The position numbers and the translations under genes are program-made. From NCBI RefSeq assembly GCF_036321535.1, contig NC_087437.1, positions 45,634,001 through 45,698,000 of the forward strand: a stretch of DNA of 64,000 bases. The letters are read 5' to 3'. The DNA comes from Camelus dromedarius. Lineage: Eukaryota. Every line of letters starts with the position of its first letter. Position 1 is the stretch's first letter. Shown here piece after piece: positions 1 through 10,740 of this stretch. Below the pieces are notes generated by a model, which saw nothing but the letters and a program-made list of their open reading frames with translations, had not been told where the DNA came from and made no database searches.

Positions 1-937
1 TCAAAAATTCAAAAACAAGAAGAACTCACTACAAATAACCCTTAACGTGTGCTACCGCTCAGGACACACACTTGACTCAGATTCACCTTTGGTGATGGAA
101 TGTTAGATTTTACCTTTCTAAATGCCTTAAAATCTTTTTGTTCACAACATAGAAAAAAATCTTATAATAGCTGACTAAAGAAAGAAACTTCCAAAAAAAA
201 AAATGACCTTATTTGACAAATTATCAACAAATTACATTCATTGAAGTAACAAAGTTGCCCCTTCTCTGGCAAAATCAGAATAAAGCCAGCAAATTGAATC
301 CTTAGGAAAAAAAATCCTTAAAAATCCAGGCACAGTTACTTAGACAAACAAAAATACATATACAAAATAAATCTAAAATACTATTCTCATTCCTAGCCTA
401 TGACTTAGGTCTGTGGTCAGCCAAGGTAGTTTGAAGAAGATGGTAAAAAGTTTCCAATTACTCTGCTATCTTCCTTCTATGCTTATACAATGGCTTTTAG
501 TGTTTCCAACATGGAACTCTTACCAAAAGTACCAATTCCCAAAACTCAACTGTGACCTGGGAAGCCCATTTATGAGTCATACTCAGATCTCCAAGCACCT
601 CCTATCAAAAAGCAGAAAGCAGAACACAGACAGCTACCCCAGAGTCACTTGCAAATCCATGGGTAGCTTCAGGGCATGGGTACCCTGACTGGGGAAACAA
701 GCAAGTAACTAGTTAGATCCTTAGAGTTTGAGGAGACTAAAGACCCTACATGAAGGCTGAATTCCAGCCGCCTTAGAACCCCAAAGCTGGAGTAAGACCT
801 ATCGCATTCTGTACCATGGAAGTTCTTCCCTGACAGAGATGACAAATGATTTTGTCCTCTATTCCCTTTTTGGAAAGACATGAGCATGGAGAATGGTGGA
901 CAAGGAGCATAGATGGCTAGTGATCTTGTCCAAGGCT

Positions 938-1070
938 AGTAACCTATGATGAAAAAGAATATGAAGAGGAATATATGTATGTATCAGTCTGACTAAAACA
1001 TTATGCTGCACACCAGAAATTGACACAACATTGTAAACTGACTATACCTAAATAAAATAAAATAAACCAA
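938..1070 (+). mobile_element. Young L1 extreme 3' end fragment
   Basis: GTAACCTATGATGAAAAAGAATATG...CACCAGAAATTGACACAACATTGTAAACTGACTATAC plus an (AAAAT)n tail; resembles the L1 3' termini at 9350-9460 and 25680-25800. Confidence 0.85.
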
Positions 1071-2949
1071 ACCTTAATGGACAGTTCTTACTTCTTGAGC
1101 TTTATAGTCTGGTAGCAAACCAAACTTAGCATGTCCTGAGATAGCACGCCAATGAGGACTAAGAAGATCTAAAGCAAAGCCGAAGTCCATGTAAGCATGC
1201 AGCTTGCAAAAAGAGACAAAATTTTAGTGTCAGTACCATTCACTGAGAAGCCAAAGTATTAGAAAATTAATCCTCAGAGTGTTTGAAATAGAATTTGGTC
1301 AGTTCCATGGATCTGACCAAGTTTGAATTCTTGAGAGGTCAAAAATACATGGATCCAAGGGAAAAAAGCAAATTTCCTCTTTTTTACCATATCATGAGGG
1401 GAAAATCATATATTGGCCACATGACCACACAGACTGTGGTCTTCAAGTAAAGAGCAGTAATCAACGAAGCACCCAAATATCCGTGTCTACGCCTGTGTCT
1501 AAACCTGTATCTGTCTCTATCTGTATTTCCATCAGTATCTCCTGATCAAGGCTGGTTTTCAAAGAAGAGACACACAACAAACTAGTGTTCTTAATACAAA
1601 CAGAAAATGGAGCAATGATCAAAAGTGAAGAGACAAAATACTGCAAGCAGAAACAGCAGATGGCAGGGGCTCTGGGAACACCAAAAGATGCTAACACAAA
1701 GAAAGGGGAGAAAAGTAAAACTTAGCATGGATAATCTAGCCTCCCAGAGTTAACTCTCAAAAATTCTCACATTAAAAAAAAATTCACATACAGAACCAAA
1801 AGTCTAGCTATGTAAAGCATTCAAATACTAGACTGGATATTGTTTGATATTGTTTCCATTTCCACTAGTCAAGCCATGACTCCAACTTTCTTACCTGCCC
1901 CTCCATCCCAGGAACACACAATTGTGTACACAAAACACCTTGTCTCCAAAAGGCAAACATTAACCTCATAGTCAAACACGAGTCTCCCTTTTGCTACTTT
2001 TGTGACAATCATCGTATCTCATAATAGCTTGTCTTATGACTGATTTCCTTATCTATAAAAATGGAAATTATTGTTCCTCCCCCACTGGATTGTTTTTCAG
2101 CTGAAATTAGAGCTCATAAAGGAAAACCCCTCATAAGACATAAAGCACAGTATACACAGAAAACATTGTTACTGATATTGATGAACATTTAGACAAGTCA
2201 TTCAGGCAACAGCAAACAAGTGATGCTTCAGTGAACAGAAGCTTACAACAGTGCAGAGCTGAAAGTAGTAGCTGGAAAAGTTAGTCCTCTGTCCCACTTT
2301 GGTTTTGGTTTTGCTCACTCTGCCTGTACAATCTATTGTCTACTCAACTACTCTTTTGAGGGGGGCAGCTTTGCACTAAGCTGATAATGTGTCACAATAA
2401 ATTCAGTATTTTTCTTAACTGTTGTGCTCACAAAGAATGAGTCTTTCAAGAATCAGAATTAAATTGTGAACTGGCCCATGGTCTGAACATATAAACAATT
2501 TCAATACCCAAGAATGATTTCAATTTTCTATTCCTTTCCAAAAATTGCATGGAAGTATGAGGCTACAGATTATTAGGCTATGATGCACCATATTTTTTTA
2601 ATTAAAATTAAATTCCAGTGATCTGTCAGGCAATACAAGTGAAATGCACAGTGTAATAAATTCCAGAACTTACTATGTCCATTAGAAAACCGCACTAAAT
2701 GCTTTCATACAACATTTCTACAGCTATGCAGAAATGCTTTGTAAAACCCCTTTTCAAAAGACCATTATTCAGGGAAGCACAAATATATACAAATATTTAT
2801 GTATTTTCAAATCAACTCATGGAAGAAGAGGACAAAACATCCTTGGGATTCTTTGGAAATGTTTTACGTGTTAATAAACATAATTTGCACACCAGTGATC
2901 CAATTTGGTCCATAGTTTTTCCACCAGTAGCAGTAATGCTGAGAAGCCA

Positions 2950-3115
2950 ATTTGATATGGTAGAAAAACCACAGGCCTGGAGGTCAGGAAAACTGGTTTC
3001 TAGACTTGCTGTGCCACCAATTGTGTGTAACCTTGGTTAATGCACATAATCTCTCTGGAACTTAGAATCCTCACTAAAAAGAGACAGGTGAATTCCATTA
3101 TATGAAAAGCCCCTC
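2950..3115 (+). mobile_element. MIR SINE (ancient)
   Basis: MIR-like core GTGTAACCTTGGTTAATGCACATAATCTCTCTGGAACTTAG preceded by GGAGGTCAGGAAAACTGGTTTC. Confidence 0.65.
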
Positions 3116-3189
3116 TGACACTGCCTAATCTACTTCCAAAAACCATTCTTCCCTTCTTTTTCATCATAATAGAACCTTCTAGATTTATC

Positions 3190-3570
3190 AACTTTCGTGG
3201 CTATTCAGACTAAAACCTCATTTCCGTCTTCCTTTGCAACTGGGCATGATCATATGGGTAAGTTCCAGTCAATGGCATATGAGTAAAAGGGATTGTGTTC
3301 ATAAAGGGAAGCAGCAAGCCCTCCCTCTCCACCTCCCTGCCTTCTTTCCACCATCAGCTGAAGGCAGACATGGCCATGAATCCTCTTGAACCATTCGGGC
3401 AAAGACAACACACCCCTGTGATGGCAGAGCAACTCGATAGAAACAGTCTAAGTCCCCAGTACCATGGAGCTGCCACACGCTCCTGGCATGTAAATCTGAA
3501 CTACAAGAAAAAACAGGACTAAACAGGAATCGCTATAGCTTGGGGTGTTTTGGAATAGTTCAACTTAACT
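3190..3570 (+). mobile_element. MaLR solo LTR (MLT1J/K-like)
   Basis: Degenerate MLT1 motifs GATGGCAGAGCAAC..TAGAAAC..CCATGGAGCTGCCAC..CCTGG; boundaries approximate. Confidence 0.55.
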
Positions 3571-3589
3571 GTTTTCTTTTCTCTCCTTG

Positions 3590-3790
3590 GAAGGCAATGT
3601 AGCATAATGAGACATCATGAGACCCTGAAAAACTACAGACCTAGTTTCAATTCTGAATCTGCTGTATGACTCTGGGAAAATTTCTAAAAATATCTGAGCC
3701 TCTGTTTTCTCATCGGTAGATAATGTAAGGAAACTGAGCCTATTAGAATATCCAGTAGTTAGTAACTAATCAATAAATGGTCGTATTGCC
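3590..3790 (+). mobile_element. MIR SINE
   Basis: GCTGTATGACTCTGGGAAAATTTCTAAAAATATCTGAGCCTCTGTTTTCTCATC core. Confidence 0.7.
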
Positions 3791-4072
3791 ATGATTTTCT
3801 ATTAAGTGGTATAACACAGTAATCATTCTGGAAAGAACTTGGGATCATTCAGTTGTATGGTGGTGGGATGACTTACAGCTCTCAAGATACTGAACTATTG
3901 CCATATAATGGGCTGCACATTTAATCAGCTTAACACTCTCAGAACCCTTAGTGTGTTTTATTTACAAAGCCCATATTCCAGGCTCTAACCTTCAATCAGG
4001 AAAAATGTTGTGGTTCAGTGCAGATCAGAAAATCGTAGTCTCTAAGTCCTAATGCCCTGATCAGCCCATAAC

Positions 4073-4355
4073 TTTTTATTTCATATCTTTTTCATTTTAG
4101 GCTATTACAAGGTACTGAATATAGTTCCCTGTGCTATATAGTAGAATCTTTATAGAAAATAAGTAGTATTTAAAAATCCTGAACTTCCAATTTATCTCTC
4201 CCCATTCCTTTTCCCCTCTGGTAATCATAAGTTTTGTCTCTGTCTGTGAGTCTGTCTCTGTTTTGTAAATAAGTTTGTGTTCTTTTTTTTTTAGATTCCA
4301 AATATAAGTGATATCGTATGGTATTTTTCTTTGTCTTTTTGACTTATTTCACTTC
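4073..4355 (-). mobile_element. L1 3' UTR fragment (part of a rearranged L1 insertion)
   Basis: Reverse complement of the L1 3' UTR at ~9087-9380 (ATAGTTCCCTGTGCTATA...GACTTATTTCACTT). Confidence 0.85.
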
Positions 4356-5005
4356 TGAATTCATTCTATGAGGCCATCACCCTGATATCAAAACCAGACA
4401 AAGATATCACAAAAAAAGAAAGTTACAGGCCTGTATCATTTATAAATATATATTAAGAAAAATCCTCAACAAAATACTAGCAAATCAACTCCAACAATGC
4501 ATTAAAAGGATCAAACACCATGATCAAGTGGGATTTATCCCAAGGATGCAAGGATTTTTTAATATCCACAAATCAATGTGATACACCACATCAACAAATT
4601 GAAGAATAAAAACCACATGATCACCTCAACAGATGCCGAAAAAGGTTCTGATAAAATTCAACATCCATTTATGATAAAAACTCTCCAGAAAGTGGGCATA
4701 GAGGGAACATACCTCAACACAACAAAGGCCATATATGACAAACCTGCAAGTAACATCATACTTAATGGTGAAAAGCTGAAAGCAGTTCCTCTGAGATGAA
4801 GAACAAGACAAGGACGTCCACTCTCACCACTTTTATTCAAAATAGTTTTGGAAGTCCTAGCCACAGCAATCAGAGAAGAAAAAGAAATAAAAGGAATCCA
4901 AATGGGAAAAGCAGAAGTAAAACTGTCACTGTTTGCCAATGACATGATACTATACATAGAAAACCCTAAAGACACTACCAGAAAACTACTAGATCTCATC
5001 AATGA
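4356..5005 (+). mobile_element. L1 ORF2 reverse-transcriptase fragment, frameshifted
   Basis: ORFs 4578-4799 ([24 protein letters not shown]) and 4848-5105 ([16 protein letters not shown], decayed F/YADD motif). Confidence 0.95.
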
Positions 5006-5114
5006 GGATTCTAATGAAAATAAGAACCTAAAAACAGTATGTTTTTTAAAAGTTCTGTTTAATAAAACAACCTCACTGTTTACAATACCTAATAAAAGGA
5101 TTTGAAATTTTTTA

Positions 5115-5180
5115 AAAATTTGTAGATTGCTTTGGGTAGTATGGCCATTTTAACAATATTAATTCTTCCAACCCAAGGGC
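5115..5180 (-). mobile_element. Short L1 ORF2 fragment
   Basis: Minus strand encodes a [20 protein letters not shown] L1 ORF2 segment. Confidence 0.8.
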
Positions 5181-5528
5181 AAGCCCTTAACATTCTGAAT
5201 AGCCACTGAGTTCATACATCTCCTGCAATTATGGAAGGTAACTAGGTATTATATATAATATAATAATACAATTTGATGAACAGCATGACAGATAAGTATT
5301 TCCTCTGTGAAGAATTTTTTTTTAATATGCAGTCCTGACATCCTAACTGTCAGGTAACAATTGAAACCATCTCACTTCTTCACCATGCCACTCTCTGGTG
5401 TCACAAAGTCAGCCAAGTCAGGTGGTAAGAAAAGCAATCTAAACCTTTCCTCAGGGGAAAACACCTTTTGTCCCCAACAGGCAAATTTTAAAACCAATTT
5501 ATTGAACACCATGGAAAAATTTTTTCAC

Positions 5529-5593
5529 CTTCCTCCTGAAATTCCAGACATCGGCTTAGAATAGAATTAAACTATAAAACCGATTGCTTTTAT
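5529..5593 (-). other. Candidate spliced exon (65 nt), non-coding or start-codon exon of an unidentified gene
   Basis: Acceptor ttttcttcctag, donor AAG/gtgaaa; unique sequence with retained CpGs; stops in all three frames upstream of ATG TCT GGA ATT TCA GGA GGA AG. Confidence 0.4.
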
Positions 5594-6515
5594 CTAGGAA
5601 GAAAATTTTCACATTTGTCTTAAATGCCTTCCTTCCCTGGTGAGAATAGAGGTTTCTCATCATTACAAGACTTCATCAAGAGGAGTCATGGCACAAAAAC
5701 GTTTCCCCAGAAAGTCTCCCAACTATACATCTTTTCTCTATTATGACTTGTGTGGTTGAAAATCTGTAATCCTTTTTCATTTTTACATAAATACCTGCCT
5801 TAACCTTCAGAAGATTGATATAGAGTTTTGATTTACCCTTCAAGCAGAAAAAAACTAATGGATAAATGTTAAAAATCATTAAATGGATTTTACCTAGGAA
5901 ATAAAAAGAAAATGTATCATTTAGGGGGAGTAGTTTTTTTCTTTAACTAGCATGCGTAAGTCATTCTGTCTACCTGCTTGTCATCTTTCTGTCAAAAGAT
6001 TTCTCACACCATATTCTTTTTAGCTCTCAAAACACTTCACTTTAAAATTTTATCACAGGATTTTCTAAGTTTTTTTTAGGTTATGTCACATAGCACAAAA
6101 TATAAAAGGCTCCTATCTTTTAAAAGTCAGCTTTAATAAGAAGAAAAAAAAGACTTAACTGACTATTCAGAGTATCTATTTTGAATTGAATCTATAATCA
6201 TTCTCCTTAAAATTTCACATATAAGTTCTAAAGCTTGATAGACATTTTGCCTCATTAAAGGTAATGTGACATGACTATAAAAACAGAATAAAATGGCAGA
6301 TGAGGGCTTCTTTCTCAGTCCTAAATCCTTTCCCTGAGGCTCTTTTGCTTTTTACCAATAGAGTTTCAGCTGGAAGAATTGGTTTATACTGGAGGTAAAA
6401 GTTCATTCATTTTGACATGCTTTGCCATTGTAGAAAAGAATCCTCTTCTTTGAGTGCTCTTTACTGACCCCTTCTTGGTTTCCTTACAATTTAAGTCAAG
6501 AATTAAACATATTTC

Positions 6516-6627
6516 TATGAAAACGAATATACATATGTATATGCATGACTGCGGCATTGTGCTGTACACAGAAACTGACACATTGTAATTGACTGTACTT
6601 CAATATAAATGAATTAAATTTTTTTTA
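6516..6627 (+). mobile_element. ~110-bp L1 3'-terminal insertion with TSD
   Basis: L1 terminal motif ATGCATGACT..CTGACACATTGTAATTGACTGTACTTCAAT; flanked by AAGAATTAAAC at 6498-6508 and 6628-6638. Confidence 0.85.
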
Positions 6628-6769
6628 AAGAATTAAACGCTTTCACATGTGACCAAAAATCCTCTACAAAGTTTTTCCTGTCTTCATTCATTTCCTACGG
6701 CCATAATCCCTCTCTTAGGTGTAATAGCACTCCATAATCAGACAGGAAAGAGCAAGATCGTCGGGTTAC

Positions 6770-6847
6770 CTGCCCGGACCTCTGTAGATAGCAGGTGATG
6801 GCACTCAACATAGGGATGGCTTCCCAAAAGCCATGCCAACAGTTCAG
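6770..6847 (-). other. Candidate spliced exon (78 nt) of an unidentified gene
   Basis: Long polypyrimidine acceptor tttactttcttctccttccttccctcag and donor CAG/gtaacc; CpG cluster near the donor; non-repetitive. Confidence 0.5.
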
Positions 6848-7689
6848 CTGAGGGAAGGAAGGAGAAGAAAGTAAAGCATCCCATATAGTTTTTAGTCTCA
6901 TGATTTGCAATCTTACCCTACAAAAATTGATAGGAAAAGAACTCTTTGTCTCCCATCTGTGAGGACTCCTTCCAATATCTTTCACTGCGGGCATTTTTTT
7001 TTTCCAAATCACACAAATTTTGCCATATCCCTGAATGCTTTCTCTGGAGCTCATTGTGCAGAAGAAATAGAATGGGTAATAAAATTTACATATAAAAGCA
7101 CTTATCTCAGATTGAAAATAAAACTGTTTTTCTGAATGTAAATAACAAAAGTGTGTGTATGTGTTTTAAGTGAATTTCTCTAAGAGAGCTGGGGTTAAAT
7201 CACTGTTACATTTCTGCATTTTATATCCTTGTCAGGTAAAGCATGAAGCAGATCATATAATCAGCTCAGTTGAAATCATCAAACACTTGAAAACTCATTT
7301 TTTAAAGAAAACGTCATTAACCTCCTGAGCCTAAAAAGAGGGAAACAGTGATGTGGAAGGCACGCCTGAAACTACTAATGAGTTAGTACCTCTGAGTTTC
7401 ATTCTCATCGACTGACTTTAATCCAACCCCAGCACCCCAGGAGTCAGAGCCTAGAACTGTAATTGAGGTGGATGGGTGGTCCAGCTCAGTGCAGAATTAT
7501 ACAGACAAATCTGTACTAATTCTGGGCAATGGGCTTTCATTCTTTCACTCACAGCCAGTGATTGATTTGTTTTGTTCCATTTATATGACCTAGACATGAG
7601 GAAACCAAAAGAACTAGAGACTAAGGGAAGAACCCTAACCTGTTTGAATGCCTGCTTCATAAGCCTCACTTGTATTAACCCATAACACA

Positions 7690-7830
7690 TTAACCCAACT
7701 TTACAAAGAAGGAAACTGAGGCTCAGCTAGGCTATGAAACCAACTAAGATTGCATAGTTAGTAAGTGGCAGAGTGAAGATTAGAGCGAAGATCTTTCTTA
7801 TCTTAAAAACCAATATTCCTCTTATGATAC
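7690..7830 (-). mobile_element. MIR SINE
   Basis: TTTACAAAGAAGGAAACTGAGGCTCAG...GTTAGTAAGTGGCAGAG. Confidence 0.8.
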
Positions 7831-8628
7831 CAGGTCTTCTCCCAGAAGCTACTTTTGCATTTGACTGCTGTCTAGCTTAAAACACAAAACCAACAGTCCT
7901 AACTGGCTATGAGCACAAATAAATGATGACCATTTCAATGTCCTCCACCAAAACCTTGGAGTAAACTTAGCTTTTCCATAAGAATCAGAGTTCACTTTCT
8001 GGTCTGACAAATGGGTTAGGGTTGAGGGTATAATGTCATGATAAATGACCCAAGAGCAAGAAATAGAATGAAGAAATACCAACCCACACTCTGATGTACT
8101 GGCTACCAGACAGGAATCAAGAATACAGTCACAAAGACCTGGATGGGACTTTAATGGACCAGCGCTTCTGTCCAGTAACATTTGAAACAATATCTATATT
8201 GAAAACAGTATCTATATATTCATATTCGTCAGATCAGAACATGTCAAGCCAGCATAACAATAAGAAATTGATTAGGTAAATTTCCTAATTCACATTTCTT
8301 CACGCCTTACCAGAAATGGCCTTTTTTCTTTTTCTTTTTTTTTTTTTTTAACCCCTATCTCCAAGAGAACTAGGAATACCTTAATTTTACAATGTTTATT
8401 CACTGTTTGTCAAATGGAAAAAAGTATCGAAGGGACAGATCTTTCTGGATTACTTCCCTTAAACTTGTAGTACCTGTATTTTTATAGCATGTTGAGAACA
8501 GACATATTTTTCATTGAGTGCAGTGTGTGAGAGCTCAGGGAAGGCTGTGACCCAGAGGCATCTCCCCAGGGCAAGGAATTATAGACTCCTGATTTATTGT
8601 TTACACCCTTTCTTCAAAATAGATTCCT

Positions 8629-9510
8629 TAATTATCAGAGAAATGCAAATCAAAACTACAATATCACCTCACACCGGTCAGAATGGCCATCATTCAAAAG
8701 TCCACAAACAATAAATGCTGGAGAGGCTACGGAGAAAAGGGAACCCTCCTACACTGTCGGTGGGAATGTAGTTTGGTGCAGCTGTCATGGAAAACAGTAT
8801 GGAGATTCCTCAAAAGACTAAAAATAGGCTTACCATATGATTCAGCAATCCCACTCCTGGGCATATATCCAGAGGGAACCTTAATTCAAAAAGATACATA
8901 CACCCTAATGTTCATAGCAGTACTATTTACAATAGCCAAGACATGGAAAAAACCTAAATGTCCATCAACAGATAACTAGATAAAGAAGTTGTGGTATATT
9001 AATACAATGGAATACTACTCAGCCATAAAAAAGAATAAAACAATGCCATTTGCAGCAACATGGATGGACCTGGAGATTGTCATTCGAAGTGAAGTAAGCC
9101 AGAAAGAGAAAGAAAAACACCATATGATATCATTTATATGTGGAATCTAAAAAAAAGACAAATGAACTTATTTACAAAACAAAAAACAGACTCACAGACA
9201 TATGAAACAAACTTACGGTTGCCAGAGGGGAAAGGGGGTAGAAAGGGATAAATTGGGAGTTTGAAATTTTCAGATACTAACTAATATATATATAAATAGA
9301 TAAACAACAAGTTCACACTGTACAGCACAGGAAACTATATTCAATATCTTGTAGTGAAAAAGAATATGAAAACAAATGTATGTATTTTCATGTATGACTG
9401 AAGCATTATGCTCTATGCCAGAAACTGACGCATTATGAATTGACTATACTTCAAAAAATACATATATATAAATAAGTAAATAAAAAGAGAACTGAAATAA
9501 AAAAAAAAAA
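8629..9510 (+). mobile_element. 5'-truncated L1 (ORF2 C-terminus, 3' UTR, poly-A)
   Basis: ORF 8683-8979 [25 protein letters not shown] (Cys-rich domain); A-tail at ~9497-9512; imperfect TSD AAAATAGATTCCT (8616-8628) / AAAAAGGATTCCT (9508-9520). Confidence 0.95.
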
Positions 9511-10289
9511 AAGGATTCCTATCTGTAGTGCTTACTCAGCTTTCTAATTAACACCCTACTTAGGTTTCAGCTTCTATCAAAAACTGATAAATTGTTCTTA
9601 AAACCCAACTTTCAGCAATTTGAGCTACTTATCACTAGGAGGCCAGTAGGAAAAAAAAAAAACCCCACTGGATTCTGCTTCTTTAACTGGCAATTCTGTG
9701 CTCATTAAAATGTATACCAACAAGCAGAAATTAAATATTTGGGTTTACCCTAATAATAACCTGAATTATTTCAGGGTCAGACAATAGCCATCTTGGTAGG
9801 ATAAAAATGGTGGCTGGGAATATTTGTTCGGCTCAGGGTTGACAGCCACATGAAGTGGGGGCAACGAGATCAGTGGATTATTTGTTTCACATTGTCAACT
9901 AGCTTATTAACAGTAATATTTTCACTTTATCCTTAACTTGTTTTCCTTTACTTCTTTATTTCTTACATGTCTGTTCCTCTTCAAATTCTGGCAGAAGGTA
10001 TATCACATCAAAGAAGTTAGCCTAAGGAAAATATGTGGAAAATAAATGGACTACAACCATAAAAAAAAAATTATATTGTATATTTCAAAGCCAAATTTAA
10101 TCAACTTTGAAGTAATCTCTAATCTGGGCATATAATACTCATTTATCTAGGCTTTCTTTCATTCAGCAAATAAATATAAATGTATCTTCTTTATACTAGG
10201 TATTGAGGAAGAAAAAGGATGAATCATACATAATCCCTACTCTCAGGAAATTTACAATCTAAAGGAGGAAGCAGAAGGGACGTTAAGTT

Positions 10290-10740
10290 ATTTACCTGAC
10301 AAAATAGCTACCTGACATCTAAACTCAAAACCCAGTGGCATAACCTGCAGGTCAGTCTGGACTGTTTATGAGGCAGGTATTCAGTGCTTGGCTGGGCTTG
10401 CTCACAGGCCTGGGGATCAGCTGCTGGCTGATCAAGGCTGGCTTTGGCTGGTTTAAGTGGGACAAACTGGAGATTCCATATGTTACCCATCCTCCAAAGA
10501 GCTACCTGGGCATGTCCTCAAAGCAATGGGAGAAGCATTAAGGGCAGAACAAGAAATACTCAAGTTTTCTTCTAGACTCGGTGCCATAACAGCAAAGCCA
10601 AGTCACAGAGCCAAACTCAGAATCAAAGAGCAAGGAAATAAACTCTACTTCTTGGGTGAAGGACCCTTAAAGTCACATGGTAAAGGGCACAGACATTGGG
10701 AGAGGTAGAGAATGAATGGCATCATTACAGTGCACCGCAG
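10290..10740 (-). mobile_element. MaLR solo LTR (MLT1F/G/H-like)
   Basis: CAAGTCACAGAGCCAAACTCAGAATCAAAG..GGAAATAAACTCTACTTCTTG..AAAGTCACATGGTAAAGGGC motifs. Confidence 0.75.

Noticed and set aside
1092..1202. Minus-strand open frame LHAYMDFGFALDLL..YKAQE with exon-like ends
   Set aside because: AAG acceptor is weak, and the 3' part matches an L2 tail (CCAGACTATAAAGCTC); no protein similarity recognised
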